This document shows, one piece after another, positions 13,382 to 25,961 of a stretch of 64,000 nt of DNA. Location: contig CT868307.1 in NCBI GenBank assembly GCA_000165425.1, forward strand, positions 124,001 through 188,000, in the 5' to 3' direction. A program made the translations under genes and the position numbers. Numbering within the stretch: position 1 is the first letter of the stretch; each line of letters begins with the position of its first letter. The notes under the pieces were generated by a model. That model saw nothing but the letters and a program-made list of their open reading frames with translations. It made no database searches and was not told the DNA's origin. Source of the stretch: Paramecium tetraurelia (Eukaryota).

Positions 13382-14282
13382 ATGAGTAATTCCTAATTAT
13401 ATAAACCAAATGATCTAATTGAATTTGAAAATCACAAGCGTTATTCATCAGTGGGAAAGAGTAAATCTAAATAATTTATGTATTTTTAGTGCTAGATTCG
13501 ATGAAACAGACTGCACCTGCTTATGGTTTTGGAACATCCACTAGATATTAAGCATAATCCATTTACCGAGATAAAAAATTGCTTCATAAAGGAAAAAGCA
13601 GTCCAGGACCCTGTTATAATTCTTCCAATTATATTAAAGAGTTATTAGCTAGAAATACAACTGTCAAAATAGGAACCGCTAAAAGAAATAATCTTAATTA
13701 GACATAGTATGATTATTATACAAGGCAAGATAGCGATGTAATTTTTTACATTCTATGCTCTGTAGTTCGAACCTCATAAAGCTAATGACTTTCGGAAGAT
13801 GAATTCAACTATTGTAAAGATAGGTCTTGCCTAACGTTTCAAAACTGATTATAAAAACTAAGTTCCTGGTCCTGATCAATATGATAATCTGATTAAAAAA
13901 ACTGGACCTCAATATTCAGTAGTTCCAAAAAGACCTATTTCTAAGTCATTCTAAGGTTCGACACCTGATTTAATTGGTCCCGGAGCTTATGACGTAAACA
14001 AATCATTGGATATAACTCATGAGAGCTATCCTAGTATTGGATTCACAAAAGGGGAAAAGATGAAAGGTATCAAGAGTGTTGAAAGAAATTAAACTTATTA
14101 CACTAAGTATTCTGTATAATCTAAGGCCTAGGGGATCGATTGGAGTACAAATCAAATCTAATTGTGTTACTAAGCCGTGTTTTACTATTGGGAAAGAAAG
14201 TAGAGACATTAAACCAGGCATTTTCAAAAGAGATATGGATGGAGTTTCTACAAAAATAAAAATATCAATGCCTAAATTTTGA
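13382..14282 (+). CDS. SHIPPO-1/ODF3-like PGP-repeat ciliary protein
   Basis: Repeats SPGPCY, VPGPDQY, IGPGAY with interspersed APAYGFG/PSIGF/PCFTIG motifs; several tiny introns. Confidence 0.8.
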
Positions 14283-14550
14283 GTACTCTTTAATTTAGAT
14301 CAATTTTAATATTAATATTCATATAACTTAATCATTTTGATAATTAGACCATTATATTGTATCTGTTTTACAAAGAATTTAATTGAAAAAACATACAATA
14401 CCTTCTTAAAATAATGAAAAATTAGATTCTCAAATTTTAGTAAATAAATATATTAACATATTTTTAATTGAATTCGATTCCAAGTTGATCTAGTGATAAT
14501 TTTTGTATTTAATTAAATCGAATATTTAATTAAACTTTCTATGATTAATA

Positions 14551-15517
14551 TCAAAGGACTGGATATGATGGAACCCAATGAATATCAGATTGTCCTTCTT
14601 TGCAAGCAATGGCAGCTAATCTCATGTAACCCTCTTCTCCACAAATGTCTCCCCAAGAGTTCTTGATAGTGTAAGAATCTTTGGCATAAACAACAGCAAA
14701 AACACATGGTTCATGTCGTTAATTGTCTTGGCTGTGCTAGTTCTGGAATAGACACCGCCACTGTAAAGTTGGAGTAAGATACCGTCAGCTTTGATAGCAC
14801 ACTAAAATATACAAAAATATATATGAGACTGGAGTTTTGACAATGGCTTTATGAAGAGCTTATGAGTTTAATGGTTCAACATCAACAAATGATTCAATTA
14901 AGTACTTCTTTTTGAATCCTGATGAGCAAAGTTAATCGACTCCCTTATATGGATATTCTAATGCACCATCACATCCTTCACTTTCATAAACGAGTTTGAC
15001 TGTGGCACAATCAAAAAATTCTTATTCAAAAATGTTAACCTCATTCTTTTTATGATTGATGGAAACCAGCTTCAAGGGCAGCAGCGGCAGCGAAGGCCCA
15101 GCATGAACCACAACTACCTTGATTTTTGACTGTCAATCCATCTTTCGAATCAACTGAATCTGGGAGACTTAATCCAGACGCGCTCTTGATGTTCTTTCTT
15201 TCAGGAGCTTTGAGTTTAAGTGTCAAGTATGAAGTTTGGAATTCTTCAAGGGTAAGGTCTGCAATTAGTTCATTTTCAAAATGAAAGTTTCTTATCCAAG
15301 TTCGAATCTTGAATTGTGTTCCATAACCAGAGCTCAATTTGAAGCAAACACTGAGAATCTATGGATTTCTTCGTAATCTGAGTATCGTTTTCCATGCGAT
15401 TATTTCCAAGATGAGAAATTCCTTCAAGTTTAAGACTCTCATCTTCGCCTTTCATGAAACAAGCTGTCGATGTTAACAATATTACAGTGAGCAAAGCTAA
15501 TAATTGCTTTTACACAT
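14551..15517 (-). pseudogene. cathepsin L-like (papain family C1A) pseudogene
   Basis: QGSCGSCWAF, NH..AV.Y, IKNSWG..GEEGYMR and prodomain ADLTLEEF are recognisable, but there are several frameshifts (after ATG, in prodomain, after catalytic His), SVDW->SVDS, and an intron with a mutated donor. Confidence 0.85.
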
Positions 15518-15792
15518 GGATATTATTATTTCAATTTACTTAATAGTTTTGATTAAATACTATTAATGATTAGATCAGAGAGTTCTTCTACAATTAGAAC
15601 ATTTTTTATTTGATAAATACATATTAAAATCATCATTGTTCATATAATCAAATCTAGTAGACTCGTAGCATCTTGAGATAATGAAAAATAGCATGAATTT
15701 AGAACAATACAAATTTTATATAAGAATTTCTCAAATATTCTCATTAATTTATTGATGACGATAGTTTATAAAATAACATCTAATAAATTATA

Positions 15793-17187
15793 ATGAGCCA
15801 AGTCAACATATCACAAAGAGTTCCAAAGTAAAACAAACAAGAAACCAAGGATATTAAAGAGAATATCATCCATGAAAGAATTATGTATATGTTTTTCGAT
15901 ATAAAATAGTGGTCCCATTTGTAAAGCTCCCGGTTACTTAAAAGATCAATATATTAAACATGGCTACAGAATTAACTTCAAAAACAAGAAGGACGTTATA
16001 AAGAGCATGTTTATGTGGCATAATGAATTGGTCAATATTTGGACACATCTAATAGGTGCTATCATCATAGTCTCGCTAATATTTTACCTATGGTTAAATT
16101 ATGATGATCTCTTTCGTCATAGAGCAATTCAGACATTCAATGGTACATGAAACTACCATTATGTAGAATCATTACACAACATTTATGAGCATGCTTTCAC
16201 TCTGGAATAATAAATCTAACAATAATTAGAGAATGGACTTCACAATTTTTAGGATGATGTTTAATTGATGCAGAAACAATTACATGAAAAGATTAACACT
16301 GTCAACAAGCTCTTCAATGAAGTGGCTCATCAATATGATTATGAATTTTCAAAAATTCAAAAAAATATTGCTGAAGCCTTTGATTGGGAAAACTTGAAAT
16401 GGAATTATAATATCTCAGAAATAATTCAAGATTATAAGTAGAAAGCCACAGAAATCGTTGAATCCAAAGATTTTGATTGGATCGATTTATATTTAGAATT
16501 TCAACATCTCACAGGAAGATAAACCATAGATGAAGAGAAATTACATAAAATGATATCTAGATGGCCCTTGATAGCATTTCTAGTTTCTGCCATTATATGT
16601 TTAGGATGTAGTACTACTTACCATCTGTTTTATTGTCTCTCAGAAAATGTCAACAAAGTGCTCATTCGATTAGATTATGCTGGTATATGTTTTCTTGTTT
16701 CAGGTTCGACATTTGCTCCATTATTTTATGGATTCTAATGCAATCTAAAATATGCAATCATATATGCCAGTCTATAAGGCTTTTTTGCCATCATTCTCTT
16801 TAGTTTTTGTCTATTTGACTTTTTCTATACTGCAGAATGGAGATCCTTAAAAAATAAGTTATTTGCAGGACTTGGATTTACAAGTGCCATTCCACTCATT
16901 CACTTTGCAATCGGTGATACTTGTTTAGAAGGATATAGTTTTTAATCATAATTACCTTATTATGCTGCTATGGCCATTTCATATTTGTATTGAATTCATT
17001 TATATATAGATCTGGTTTGTATATCTATAATATAAGATTTCCCGAGAAGCATATCCCAGGGAAATTCGATAATTGTGGATAGAGTCATCAAATTTGGCAT
17101 ATTAGTGTAGTGATTGCAATCTTATTCACTTATGTTGGATCTTTGAATGCCTATTATTAGAGATTGGATATGCCTTGTAAAGCATGA
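15793..17187 (+). CDS. PAQR/AdipoR/hemolysin-III family membrane protein
   Basis: YIKHGYR, HNELVNIWTHL, STTYH, LDYAGI, RFPEK..PGKFD, SHQIWH; introns ~15885, ~16142, ~16987. Confidence 0.92.
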
Positions 17188-17339
17188 TTATTTATTAATA
17201 TATGCTTATATATTATATATCAATTTTGATCCCTTATTGGTTTTGATAGAAACAAATAATGGGTGTTAGTAAGATCTTGCTTGTAAGGAAGAGAGTTATT
17301 TCAAATATGAATAGTTTCATTAAACAAGAAGTGGCAAAT

Positions 17340-18747
17340 GAAGATTCATCAAACTATAGAACATAGATTTCATATAATCAATTTTATCCGCCTTTAATTT
17401 TCTTAATGTCAAATAAATGCAATTCTATAATCTTAATATAGTATTACTTAAATATAAGCTTCAACAAAATTATTAATATAATATCTATGTTATGCATTTT
17501 TGCCATCTAAAAAAAGCCCAAAAAGGTTCGTTTACCAACTCTGGTATAATCAGTCTTCAATGCCCAATTCCTTTATATAAGAAACTTAATATATCGGCAT
17601 TATTTGGACCATTTCTCTCTAAATATTTGTTCAAGCTCATTAGGCAATACTTTTAATCCCTCCCCAGTTAATGTATGAATGACATTTGCCTAATTCAAAA
17701 TATTTAATAAGAAATTTCTACTAACAACTGATTAAACTATATTAGTTCTATCTAAAGATTCATGTAATTAGTTGTTGCAACTCCTGTCTAAAATTAATGT
17801 ATTTTAGATAAAAAGTTTAATTATTATTGTCAATTTAAGGTTGGTTATTATTAAAAATAAAATGGCATTGATCCTCTAGTCTAACAATGAATATATATCT
17901 TTAGACTCTTATCTATTGAGTATTAATATTGATTGATTTTCTGCAAAATTAGTGCAATTCCTATCTTAAATACACCCTCTTTACATAAATTTTCTTCCTG
18001 ATCTGAGAGTCTCTCTTCGACTCACAAAAATTAGAAAGCCATCAGACTATTGATTCAGTTTGCAATATCTAATCAAGACACATTTAATTATGAATATATT
18101 TTACCAATATTGGAAGGCTGGTAGATTCGTAGTTTAAAATTAATTCAAATTTGATGTGTTCCAAATTATATACAAAAAAAAACTATGATTTGGAATTCTG
18201 TAATAGTAGAGTCCTTCGCTTGTCTTTTATTAAGCGTTAAATTGAGAGTTATTGCCCATTACTTTATCGAAGGGATTAGAAAGATTATACTCATAATTAA
18301 AATATAATGTTCTTATTGAAAATATACCCTTTAGCATTTAGCAATAAATCAAACATCTGAATGAATATTACAATACATATGTTAATAGAATTACTACTTA
18401 CAGTATTGTCCTTTGCAATATTTATCCAATCATGTTGGCTTCTGTAAATAATAACAAATAAGATCAATTCTTTAGTTATATCAGTCCATAAATTAGAAAG
18501 AATCCTATAGATGTATTTGATTTTTATTTCTATTTTAGATACTCTACATATAAATATATTTTGTAACTTGAATTATGGAATAATTTACATATGAATCTTT
18601 TCATCAATTTAAAGATTTTGATTATATCTTGATAGCTCTCCAAAAATCTTTTTATGGGCATCAATTGCTAAGCATCCACCATTTGTATTAATTAATTAAG
18701 AAATTAATAATAATTCATACAATCATCTTTATTTGAAATGTCTCCAT
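17340..18747 (-). pseudogene. SAC1-like phosphoinositide phosphatase pseudogene
   Basis: FVSRRETLRSGRKFMQRG...NFAE, QTRGSMPF, GVATTNYMN/LDRTNIVQS (degenerate RTNCxDCLDRTN with frameshift), ALKTDYTRVGKRT; multiple stops and an apparent internal deletion. Confidence 0.8.
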
Positions 18748-18911
18748 TTATTTATTAAAAAATAATAGAGAATCAAAATTATAATTCGATGAATTTGACT
18801 AAAATTATTAATACGAGATTTATATTCGTTGAAATATCATTTGATTATAAATAATTTAAGATTAATTGCACAGATATAAAGTTTGTTACTGATCAATGGA
18901 TTCGAACTTAA

Positions 18912-19309
18912 ATGCTATATAAGATGAGGAAGACTTTGAAACCCTTCATAATAAGTACAGAGAACTCGTTACTTTTTCTCCAAAAACCAAGAGTTAGATA
19001 AATTAGAACAAAAATTTAAAGACCCTCAAATTAGTTCCATTTCAACTAATTTCTGAATCAAACATGTCTGATCAGGGTAATAAATCGACTAATCACACTT
19101 CCTCATTATAACCAAATTAAGTAGTTCAATCTCTTAATATCCTATAAAATGAACAGCCTTCCATCAGAAGAACCTGTCCTCTGATTGAACAATCAACCAA
19201 GAGTCTCTCACCTACGAAAAGCTCTTGTGAGTTAGCTTCTGATTACACGTTTAAATTATATGAGGGTCATAAGAGGGTGCGATTTCGAATTAATGAAAGA
19301 ATTGAATGA
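18912..19309 (+). CDS. small hypothetical protein (C-terminal KRVRF)
   Basis: Code-6 frames MLYKMRKTLKP... and ...YEGHKRVRFRINERIE-TGA; needs an unresolved intron or frameshift. Confidence 0.35.
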
Positions 19310-19391
19310 CTATCATTTACTATTTACATACCCATATTTACTAAAAAGAAAAATAAGCAGAGGATCTTAACAATATTTATAATATTCATAT

Positions 19392-22300
19392 TCAAAATCG
19401 TTATAATGACTATTTCCTATACAAATGAGGGTCAGTCCTTGTATTTTGTGTTTGCCCTAAGTAGACGTCTCTTTCGATAGGCCTATTGCTAGCATACTTC
19501 TGATCAAGAATATTCTGAGAATTATTCATAACCTAAATAATAATAAATATAGTAACTGGCAAAGCTTTTACTGGTTGCTGCTTAAAAGGATTCATGCTCT
19601 TCTGATGCTCATTTTGCCTAATAGTTCGATCTGTATCTTAAGTAGTGTAATCCTTGATGATATTCATGCTCTATCTTTAAGATTTCTACTTTTATTATTC
19701 AATTTATGATCCCTTACTAATATGAGAATATTGTTATTGTTTTAATTCATCATTTTCCAAAATTAATCTCTAAAGATATTATGATTAGTCTTCCATCTTC
19801 CTCTTCATAGTCTCATAACAATTCTCATCCTCTAGTTCTGATGGTAATTTCATTTAAGGATTGCTTTTCAATAATTTTAGTCTAAATCTATTGTCTTTTT
19901 CCTTTCTTACCAAATCATTAAATTTGATTGTTAAAGTATTCAACTATTATGATAAGTCCATGATTGTATTCTCATATTTATTTTGAAGTTCCTACTCTTT
20001 GTCTGCAAAATTCATTTGCATACTTCGAGTAATTTCCTCAACTTCCTACTATAACTAATAAACTTAATTCTTAAATTTGATGGAATCTTCCGAATTCTTT
20101 CTATTCTCCTCATCTAACCCCTAGACTTGAATTCTCATCTTCTTTATTAACTAATCTTAATCGATCTTCTGTTTTGTCACCTCTGCCAAATCATTCATGA
20201 TTTTCTTTCTCCATTCATCTTACTCTAAAAGTCTATAATCAACAATACTTATGAATGTTTCCCGTGTTTCATTCAAATTTGAAGCCAAATCTTCATTTTG
20301 GATACCCATGTCATACATCTGTTTCTTCAAAACATCTATTTACCTAGAAATTATGATTTATATTACAATTCATAGTTTTCTGTTATAGATAAAATTTTTT
20401 GATTTAAGACTTCATAATCATTATCTCTCTCCTTAAGTAGATTCTCTAATATCATCATTTTAGATCCATTCTATTCACAAACATCTATCAATTCCTCTAT
20501 TCTTTTATTTAATTTCTCCATATCATTTAATTATTATTCACTCAACAATTCAAAATGCTTAGCTTTTTCTTACTATTTCTTTAAATTCTTCATTAATTAT
20601 TCAGAGTGATCCTACTCATATTTAATAGTTTATTAATATTAAGTGATGCATTGTTCAATCTATGCTTAAACTTCTAATGAATATTATATTTTCATATCAT
20701 CTATCTTCTATTCACTTGTCTACTCTAAATTAGCATATCTCTATTCCGATAATTATAACTAAATCAATATTAAAAACTTACCTAAGTTTAATTATTCTTC
20801 AATTGATTTTCCATAGTATCATTATCTTTGACAACAATATCTAATTTCATTTCAAGATCCTTAAGCTTATTATTCTTATCTTTCATTTCTTAACTCAATT
20901 CATCTCTCTATTCTTCCAATATCTTCACTTACTTACAAATTTCATCTAATCTTAAACTCATCTATTTCAATGCCTACTCCTTAAGATGAATGTTTTTAGC
21001 CATCTTAACGCATTCTGTCTCTTTCTAACTATATTGACTTTCAAAATCTTCTTACATTCTTATAAATATGAATATCTTACTTATTGATTAAAGTTTATAA
21101 TTAATTCATCTATTCTTGTAAATTTTAATTAGAGAATTTTAATGTTGATATCATTTAATCTTTTATTTCTATTTCCTTCTTATTCTCCTAAATGATAGTC
21201 TTCTCCTTCTCCTACCAAATCAATAAATTATTATTAAATTCATTTTACTTGGTCTCCAATTCCATCTTGTATTATTCTAATTCTTTAATCAATTCATTTT
21301 CAATTTCTGCTTATTAACCCTATAATTATTCTTGATGCTTTAATTTGATCTCCTCAATTTACTATTTATTTTTGTTACTCAAATTTCTTAATTCCAATTC
21401 ATAGAAGTCTTTTTGCTTATGAGACTCCCTATCAAATTCGATCTATCTATCTTCCATTGTCCCTTATAATATTCTTTAAGTTTAATTTAATTATTCATTA
21501 ACATCATGCAATTATTTATTATCTGCCACCATTATGTCTAATCTACTTTCTAAATCATTTATTCTCTTCTCTTAAGCTAATATAGTTTAACTCATCATTT
21601 CTATTCTATGAATTTTAGATGCCAAATCTGCTTTTACATTTTCATAGTCAAACAAAGTTTGATCTCTTACTTTGAGTTCAATTTAAAATTCCATCAATTT
21701 TTGTTGTTACTCCTGAATTAATATTTGCAATTCTGATTTTTCAAATTGTAACTTATCAATTCTATTATCAACTTAGTGTATTTCACTTTTTCTCATTTCA
21801 TCAATTTAATTAATTTATTATTGATATTTCCCTGCCCATTCTTTCCTAGTTTTATTGATTTCCTCATCTTTCTCACTCTATAATCTTTTTATTTAATTTT
21901 GCATCTGTTCATTTCTCATTGTCAGAGTTTGATTGATAGCTACAATCTTCTCGTTTTCCAACAAGACTATATTCAATTTATCTTCATAGTTCTTAGATAA
22001 ATCCTAAAGACTAGCTTAATGGTTTTATAGATCATTTGTTAATTTTTCATTCTCTTGAAATTAATCATTGAGAAATGTTGTTAGACGCTCATTTTCAATT
22101 ACAAGCAATGAAACCTTATTTTCTAATTCAAGATTTTTTATCTTCAATATCTTTTAGGCTGCTTCTGTAAAAGACTTCTCAACAATGCTTGAGCCATCAT
22201 CATTTTCAGTGTTGATCTTCTTGGCTGATTAAGATAACACACACTTATTATCAGAGCCTTGGCTATCTGGATTCCATTTTCTTTTTGAATTTTCAATTAA

Positions 22301-22524
22301 TACTTCTAATCGAATGTCATAGCACTGAAATTATTTTCCTTATGTCCTGATTTACTTTTGTTATCTGATTAAGGTGCTTATTGTAATGTAGCTAGTGATG
22401 GAATCGGAACTTTTAACACGTATTTTGGAGTGGAATGTTGAAATTTCTCTTCACCATCTTAAAATCCACTGCTTTGATTTGCTGACTTGAGAGTTGGTTG
22501 AATAAAAGGAGGATAAGGGATCAT
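19392..22524 (-). CDS. large coiled-coil protein (~950 aa)
   Basis: ATG 22524 MIPYPPFIQP..., heptad E/K/Q/L-rich frame (LENKVSLLVIENERL) with several 22-28 nt introns; TGA at 19392. Confidence 0.75.
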
Positions 22525-23673
22525 AAATTTGAAATTTTAATTAATATTCTGTTAACATGAATCCAATTATATAAGAATATAGTAAAATTCAAAATCTCAT
22601 ATTTGTTTCCTTTTAAAGCAATTTCTAAATTACCTTTACTATTGTAATTAACCATATATTATTCCTAATAAAACTTAGTGGAGATTATATAAAATTAATT
22701 TATAATAAAAATCCTCATTTTGTAATTAAGATTCCTAAATTGATTTTTATTATTAAAGAGAGAAATTAAAGTTGTAAAACTATTGAAATGGGAATAGAAG
22801 ATTGATAATTACCAATTGGAAATGTAGTTGCTCAAAATTCAGAACTAAATTATATCTATTTATGATGTCGCACTATTTTCTCAATTGAAGCTTTTTATAT
22901 TATAAGTATGAGACTTAATTTATGCTGTGAGTAAGAAAGTTAAGAATTGTTCTTAATTGTTATTTTTGCTGATGATAATTTGAATAATGAATATCTAAAT
23001 TTCAACCAAGACTCTGATTTAACCTATTCTAGGTAAGGTTCTAGATTTTAATAAAAGAGTAAAGAATTCTCTTTTTGACTTAATTGAAATATTCAACCTA
23101 TTTTAATACTTACTAATATTATACCAATAAGGTTTATACGGTAAATTTTATTTAACACTAGGCTTAGATGAACTTACATCCAGGACGCAATACTCTTAAG
23201 TTTGTAATTACTTCTATCAACCAATTATTATGGCTGTTAATAGAATATACTTATAAAAAAAACATTAAATTTTTGATTTTGTAACAAATGTATATTCTGA
23301 ATTTATATTTTTATTTCCATTAATAATATTATTTAAAATATTTTTTTAATTGCAAAATTTTTATCACTATTGTTTGAATTGTTGAATCTTCTGATAATAT
23401 ACTTTATAAAATTTCCCAAGAGTGGCCTTATGAATTTAATTTCTAATATAGAGAAGTTATCTTCATTTAACTTTCTTTCTATGAGTGAACAAAAAGCTTT
23501 CTCATCACATTCTATAATTTTATTAATATTCGAAATCTTCTTAGAATAATTCAGAATTAAAATTTTTTTCATCTATTTTATATTCTATAAATTAGCATCA
23601 CAATTTGGTATTTTTTGTCTAAAGTCTTAAAATGTATATGCTTTCATAATTTTTGTAAATTAAATTAATAAAA

Positions 23674-25878
23674 ATGTTATAATAGAATTAGCCGATATAA
23701 ATAGAGATCAATAAGATAATAGATGCACCTACAAATTAATATCCGAAGAGATAGTTTATTATAGAAGGTCTTTTGGCCACAGGAAGGAACAGTGAAGTAT
23801 TCATAGCAAAACCTGTGTAGTGGGGTGTATATTAAAATAATGTTGCTTTAAAAATTCATTATTCATATAAAGTTGAAGTTAAATAATTATACTAAAAAGT
23901 AATCGAACATTAGAATAAGTTTGAAATTTAAAATAACTAAAATGATAATCAATCAAATTTTATTAGAATATATGATTATTTTGAGTATTTTGAATATTTA
24001 GTTTCAGTAATGGAGATAGGATAGAATGACTTAAAGAGTTATTTGAAGAAATATTAAAATCTAGCATTTTAATAGAAGTAATTGATATGCAAATAGGTAA
24101 AATTAAAATTAATTATTAGATATTATAATCAATTATATTCTTTCATTCTTTGAATCTGATTCATAAAGATATTTCACTTGATTGCTATCTAATGGTTGGT
24201 CTATCAGTTAAATTAATTAATTTTGGATCTGCATTCGAAAAAGATGATTTTACAGCATTCAATAAAGATGATGTAATAGTTAATCACGTATTTAAACCAC
24301 CTGAAACTTACAATCATGAATACACTGCAGCAGCGGATGTTTGGTCGTTGGCTTGTATTTTTTATGAAGTTATGAGAGGATCATCGATATTTTTGGGTAT
24401 TAAAAATTATTTATATTTAATTAGGCAGCAAAAATTTTGCAGAATTAAACCGACTTAAAATAAGTTAACCTTATATTTCAGAGAAAATAGATGAGTTATA
24501 AATAACTGAGGAGTGGAAATAAACAATGAAAAAAATGTTTTTTCCACAACCAAATTTAAGGATTACTCCAAAGGAAGCCATGGAACAATTATCGAAAAAA
24601 TCTTCAGCTTTTATCATTTAAAAAATTTAATAGCCTAATTTTGTGGCACAATAATAATATCCTATTGCTTTATAATCTTAAAATTTCTTTAGATAAATTA
24701 ATTAAGAATTTTAATAAACCTAAGTGTAATCATCAATATTTTTATAAATTAATGCAATGATTACAACTTTAGATTAGCCCAACACTATCAATTAATTATT
24801 ACAATAAACAGAATAATCAAAGAAATTGTTAGAATCTTTAAAAGATAAAATCTAATAAATGTAAAATTAATTAGAAAATAATACTACCTCTTTATAACCA
24901 AAGCTTAGTTTTGATACTACCATATAAAATCAAAAATATTAATAAAAAAAAAAAGAATTTCCTCCTGCTATTTAATAGAGTTTAGATGAAATAAAGAAAA
25001 GATGTTTAGATATAGAAGAATAATGTATTTCGAATTCAGAAGAGGCAGAACTAAATTAAAATTTATAAAAAATAAATGAAGAATTTCAAATTCTCAAAAA
25101 TGTTACCTAAAATTTAGATAAAATACAAAAAGAATATTTAAAATTATGTAAATAAGTCGATCAGTTAAAAGAAGAACAGAAAGTAATTTTGAAATCGAAG
25201 ATTTTAGATGAAGAATTAAAGTAACTATATAGTGAAAATTACAAGCAACTTGATGTTTCTACTCTGAAGAAAGAAGTTGAAAAAAATTCAAAATTCATTT
25301 TCAATTTAGAATAATCCATTTATACAATTAATTATTTAGAAGTTTAGAAACAAAATTAACAAAATAAAATCGATAATTTAAATTAATTGATCTCAACATA
25401 AGCTCTTCTAGAGAATGAGGTTAAGATATAAAGAGATGAATTATTAGAGCTAAAATGCAAACAAAAGTAACAAGAGTTTTTGAACCTTGAAATTTAGAAT
25501 AATAAGAAAGCAATACAACAACTCAAATAATAAGGTTAATAATTAACAGATGTTCAAAAATAATTTGAGGAATCTTAGAGAGAAATTGAAAACCATAGAT
25601 CGTAGTTATCATAATTACGTAATCTGGAATTTGAAATAAAAAACAATAAAGATTAAGTTAAATAAATGAAAAGTAAAATCAATTAATTACCTGCATTGTA
25701 GAATGAAGCAGATAAATTAAATAAGGAGATAATATCATTAGAAAGAGATTATAAAAAATTATAAGAGACTGAAGAAAAAATAGGCAACCTGGTTGAATAA
25801 AAACAGTAATTAAAGGAACAAAACAATCAAAAGTCCGAAGAAATAAAAATATTAGAATAAAAATTAAATTAGTTTTGA
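23674..25878 (+). CDS. Ser/Thr kinase-like (probable pseudokinase) with long C-terminal coiled coil
   Basis: LATGRNSEV, VALK, HKDISLDC, NFG, PPE, DVWSLAC; Q-rich linker then coiled coil; introns ~24097 and ~24397; TGA 25876. Confidence 0.8.
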
Positions 25879-25961
25879 AAGAAAAGATCAAAAGGGAGAA
25901 ATATAATTATTTTTGTAATTAATAATAAAATAAATATAAATTTTCAATATTATCTTTAAAA

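Noticed and set aside
14802..14824. TA-rich insert in cathepsin as a retained IES
   Set aside because: It ends in TAG, is intron-sized (23 nt, below the usual 26-bp IES minimum) and lacks convincing inverted TAYAG ends; a mutated intron is more parsimonious
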